In this document: positions 32,469-35,275 of the stretch, in pieces | Layout: each line of letters opens with the position of its first letter | Numbering within the stretch: position 1 is the first letter of the stretch | IMG/VR virus record: IMGVR_UViG_3300031949_000113 | Coordinates: 1-35,275 of that record | Reading direction: 5' to 3' (one strand) | DNA: 35,275 bases | Origin: a virus | Taxonomy: Duplodnaviria > Caudoviricetes | The notes under the pieces: model-generated | Seen by the model: the letters and a program-made list of their open reading frames with translations, nothing else | Databases searched by the model: none | What the model was told of the DNA's origin: nothing | Program-made: the position numbers and the translations under genes

Positions 32469-32672
32469 ATGTTGAACGCGGCCCAGATCGCCCAGATCGA
32501 TAATGCGCTGCATCTGCTTCGAGACGAGAGCGGGCAGGGCGAAGTCGTGTTGAAGATGGTCAATGGTGAGATACTAAATTTTGTGGAGCGCCGGCCGGTC
32601 ATCCGGATGGTGATTACGGACCGGAGTCCGCCCGCACCGAAGATCATACCGACGCTGCATACCACGGGCTGA
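32469..32672 (+). CDS. Small DUF2292/YezD-like protein, probably leaderless
   Basis: I..AL..L....G.GEV.L...NGEI..VE pattern; ATG 6 nt after TATAAT, no SD. Confidence 0.62.
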   Translation: MLNAAQIAQIDNALHLLRDESGQGEVVLKMVNGEILNFVERRPVIRMVITDRSPPAPKIIPTLHTTG

Positions 32673-32687
32673 CAGTGCCAAAGCAAC

Positions 32688-32720
32688 GGGGCCGATCGAG
32701 CAATCGATCGGCCCTTTTTA
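32688..32720 (+). terminator. Rho-independent terminator in front of the lysis cassette
   Basis: GGGCCGATCGA-GCAA-TCGATCGGCCC-TTTTTA. Confidence 0.85.
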
Positions 32721-32743
32721 TTTCCGCAGACATGGAGGGCGAG

Positions 32744-33028
32744 ATGTCACAAGAGCCATTGGTGATCGCGCTGTTTCTGGCCACGGTGAGCAATCGATTG
32801 GTCGAGGCGCTCATCGTGCCGCTGTACGAGCATTTCAAATGGGACAAGTTCACGCTGCTGTATGTGGCGTGGGTCGTCGGTGGCCTGGTGGTGTTCGCCT
32901 CCGGCGTCAATCTGTTCACGACTTATCTGCCCGATTCGACGCTGGGCCAGGTGTTCACGGCCGTCGTCGCCGGCGGCGGCGCGAATCTGATTGCGGATGT
33001 GTTCCATGCAAATCACGCCAATGCTTGA
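32744..33028 (+). CDS. Putative holin (3 TM)
   Basis: Hydrophobic 94-aa protein; GGAGG RBS; GQVFTAVVAGGGANLIAD holin-like C-terminus. Confidence 0.78.
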   Translation: MSQEPLVIALFLATVSNRLVEALIVPLYEHFKWDKFTLLYVAWVVGGLVVFASGVNLFTTYLPDSTLGQVFTAVVAGGGANLIADVFHANHANA

Positions 33029-33335
33029 TCTCACATCGATCCTGATTCAGATCCCGCTGGTCGGTGCATTCATCTGGTTCGCCCTGAAATTAAATGCGAG
33101 CCACCAGAGAACGATCGATAAATTGATCGCGGATGGTCGCGTGTCCAGTTTGAGCGTGATGACGGATTGGCGAAATTATCTCAGCAAGCGCGACGAACAA
33201 TGGCTACAATTTCTGGTCGATCAACGCGATTCGCAGAATAGAACGCTCGATACGTTCGCGCAGCGGTTATCGGATTTGTCGAATGTGGTGTCCGATTTGG
33301 ATCAACACATCCGCAGCAAGCAGGCGTTGGAGTGA
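33021..33335 (+). CDS. Single-TM coiled-coil protein (BhlA/UviB-like holin or lysis accessory)
   Basis: ILIQIPLVGAFIWFAL then a coil with RDEQW; lies in the lysis cassette. Confidence 0.72.
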   Translation: MLDLTSILIQIPLVGAFIWFALKLNASHQRTIDKLIADGRVSSLSVMTDWRNYLSKRDEQWLQFLVDQRDSQNRTLDTFAQRLSDLSNVVSDLDQHIRSKQALE

Positions 33336-34274
33336 ATGATGTTGCCTCGACGCGGATTCCTGAAACTGGCGGGCGCGATGGCGCTGGCCGGTTGTCTGCC
33401 GCCGACGCCGACGCCCTCGCCGGTAGCGACGCCGACGCCGATCACGTCGCCGTTACGATTCGCGTCGACGGTGGTCAGCAAGTTGGGGATTCATTCGATC
33501 GGGCCACGTAACACGGGGGTGCACGATCTATTCGATCGGCTCGAGGCGGCGGGCCGGCAGATTGCAATCGTGAAATGCCGCGATGATATGGGCGTGGCGA
33601 ATCTGGCGGCGAGTCATTGGCCGCAGGCGATCACGATCGGGGCGTTTACAGATTACGATGGCGCGCTGAATTTCGATGAGGATGATTGGTCGGATTTTCG
33701 AGAGCGCGCGCGGCGCAATCCATCGATCCGATATTGGGAGTTGTTGAATGAGATTGATGGGGAATGGATCACTCAAGCCGATCTCTATATCCGGCTTATG
33801 CCGCGCTTTGAAGACGAGGGTTGGCGCCTGGTCATGTTTAACTGCGCGACGGGCACGCCACATTATCCGCGGGATGATGGTGGCGTGGCGTACGCGCAGA
33901 TCGCGCGGGCGTGCGCAGCGGGCCAGGCCGGCGGGCATATCGTCGGAGTGCATGGCTATGGATTCGATCGAGCGAATGAATTGCTTCGGCATCGATCGCT
34001 GGCACGATATTTGATCGAGCAGGGAGCACGGACGAAGATCGCGCTGACGGAGTTCGGGCCGTGGGAGGGAACGTTCGAGGGGACGGCGGATTTCATGGGC
34101 TGGTGCACATCGATTGATCCGGCGCTGATGCAAGATGAGGACATGATCGGCGGGGCGTTGTGGACGCTGGGCGGCGGGTGGGCGGATTACACGCCGGCGA
34201 TGCCGGCGTTGACGGAGTATCTGGCGACGGTAACGCGACACTATGCAGTGCAGTTGCCGATGGTGATGAGATGA
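33336..34274 (+). CDS. Tat-signal lipoprotein with putative clan GH-A glycoside hydrolase domain
   Basis: PRRGFLK twin-arginine motif, LAGC lipobox, PT linker, WELLNE, GVHGY, IALTEFG, C-terminal YAVQLPMVMR. Confidence 0.78.
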   Translation: MMLPRRGFLKLAGAMALAGCLPPTPTPSPVATPTPITSPLRFASTVVSKLGIHSIGPRNTGVHDLFDRLEAAGRQIAIVKCRDDMGVANLAASHWPQAITIGAFTDYDGALNFDEDDWSDFRERARRNPSIRYWELLNEIDGEWITQADLYIRLMPRFEDEGWRLVMFNCATGTPHYPRDDGGVAYAQIARACAAGQAGGHIVGVHGYGFDRANELLRHRSLARYLIEQGARTKIALTEFGPWEGTFEGTADFMGWCTSIDPALMQDEDMIGGALWTLGGGWADYTPAMPALTEYLATVTRHYAVQLPMVMR

Positions 34275-34876
34275 GTAATCCGGTGCTCAAACAAATCAAT
34301 AAAATCGAAGCGCTGCTCGATGCGGTACAGCGCGAGGTGCTGGCTACGCGCGCGATGGTGCAGAGCGGTGGCAATGACAATCAGTTGATGGCCGGCTTCG
34401 CCTGGCCGTCGTCATTCCGGCCGGCGCACATCACGCAATTCTTCCGTGCCAATCCGCAGGACTATGCAAAGTTCGGGCTGCCGGGGCACGAGGGCCTGGA
34501 CATTCGCAGCGGCGTCGATGGACAGGCGCTATGCATCGCGGCGGGTGTGGTGGCGCGGGTCGATGCGTGGCCGAACACGGGCGCGTATGGGTATAGCGTG
34601 CGCGTCTATCATGCGGAGTTGAAAGCAACGAGCATCTATGCGCATCTCGATCCACTCGTCAGCGTGCCAGCGGTGGGGACGATTGTCGCAGCGAGCAGCG
34701 TATTGGGTCGCTGCGATAGCACAGGCAACACGCGGGCAGCGCATTTGCATTTGAGTATCAAGGATGTATATGGTGCGTTCGCCGATCCGCTGATGTATTT
34801 GTCTGAGGCGTATCGCGCGGCGGGCGGGACGCAGGCATTGCCGGCAATCGGCGCGCCGATCATGAGGCAATCATGA
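34271..34876 (+). CDS. M23-family peptidase (endolysin)
   Basis: HEGLDIR (HxxxD), YG..VRV, YAHL, STGNT..AHLH (HxH); ATGA overlap. Confidence 0.9.
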   Translation: MSNPVLKQINKIEALLDAVQREVLATRAMVQSGGNDNQLMAGFAWPSSFRPAHITQFFRANPQDYAKFGLPGHEGLDIRSGVDGQALCIAAGVVARVDAWPNTGAYGYSVRVYHAELKATSIYAHLDPLVSVPAVGTIVAASSVLGRCDSTGNTRAAHLHLSIKDVYGAFADPLMYLSEAYRAAGGTQALPAIGAPIMRQS

Positions 34877-35257
34877 ATGCCGACTCGTGCGCTTCGACCA
34901 TGCGCTGCGCCAGGTTGTCCGACGTTGATCGGGGCAGGGCGCTATTGTGAGCTGCATCAGCGCGCCAGGCCGGATCGAGATGAGCGACCATCGTCGCATG
35001 AGCGTGGCTATGGTGCGACATGGCGGAGACTGCGCATCAGGCAGTTGCGAGCGCATCCGCTGTGCGCTGATCCATCCGGTGAACATCAGCAGCTGAACGA
35101 GGTGGTACAAGCGATCGATGTCGATCACATCATCCCACGTGCGGATGGCGGAACAGATGAGGAGAGTAATCTGCAATCACTCTGTCATTCGTGTCATTCG
35201 CGGAAAACGGTTAGGCAAACAGGATTCGGGCGAGGGAAAGGCGGATCAAATCTCTAG
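34877..35257 (+). CDS. HNH endonuclease (HK97 gp74-like, packaging-associated)
   Basis: RPCAAPGCP..YCELH, RGY...W, HPLC, VDHIIP..GG....NLQSLCHSCHSRKT. Confidence 0.95.
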   Translation: MPTRALRPCAAPGCPTLIGAGRYCELHQRARPDRDERPSSHERGYGATWRRLRIRQLRAHPLCADPSGEHQQLNEVVQAIDVDHIIPRADGGTDEESNLQSLCHSCHSRKTVRQTGFGRGKGGSNL

Positions 35258-35275
35258 ACATCGATCGATAGAGAC

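Larger units (their letters stand above)
1..35275. mobile_element. Complete or near-complete temperate siphovirus genome (HK97-like, cos-type), non-integrated form
   Basis: Starts just before terS and ends just after an HNH gene, the usual neighbours of cos. Contains full head, tail, lysis, integration and replication modules, an intact internal attP-like site and no host genes. Confidence 0.9.

Overview
The window looks like the essentially complete (~35.3 kb) linear genome of a temperate, HK97-like cos-packaging siphovirus, running from the cos/terS end to the HNH/cos end. The host is probably a Chloroflexi bacterium. That is inferred from a C-terminal 'LPMVMR' motif, Ala/Thr-rich 'ATATAQA' coils, GAAC-N4-GTTC-like boxes and pervasive CGATCG. 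Layout: (1) A rightward head-tail operon at 71-20405, with a -1 frameshift in the tail chaperone, a three-gene insert in the neck region and a glycosyltransferase-like gene beside the tail tube gene. (2) A leftward early operon at 28950-20482, with a DUF559-like nuclease, ParB-like protein, replication initiator with iteron-like repeats, and a membrane protein plus a lipoprotein-anchored FtsK-like ATPase. (3) A tyrosine integrase followed by a tRNA-3'-half attP core and a tRNA-like hairpin. (4) An HTH gene, a HIRAN gene and a two-gene moron. (5) A lysis cassette (two holin-like genes, a Tat-lipoprotein glycoside hydrolase, an M23 peptidase) and an HNH gene. Most unusual points: no recognisable CI repressor, with attP lying between the strongest early promoter and the replication operon; three antisense promoter/two-hairpin units; nine (GAGATTR)n arrays at late-gene junctions, four of which supply both Shine-Dalgarno and TTG start codon; and several REP-like palindrome families inserted in-frame in genes. 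All product calls come from motif recognition and gene order only; no database searches were run.
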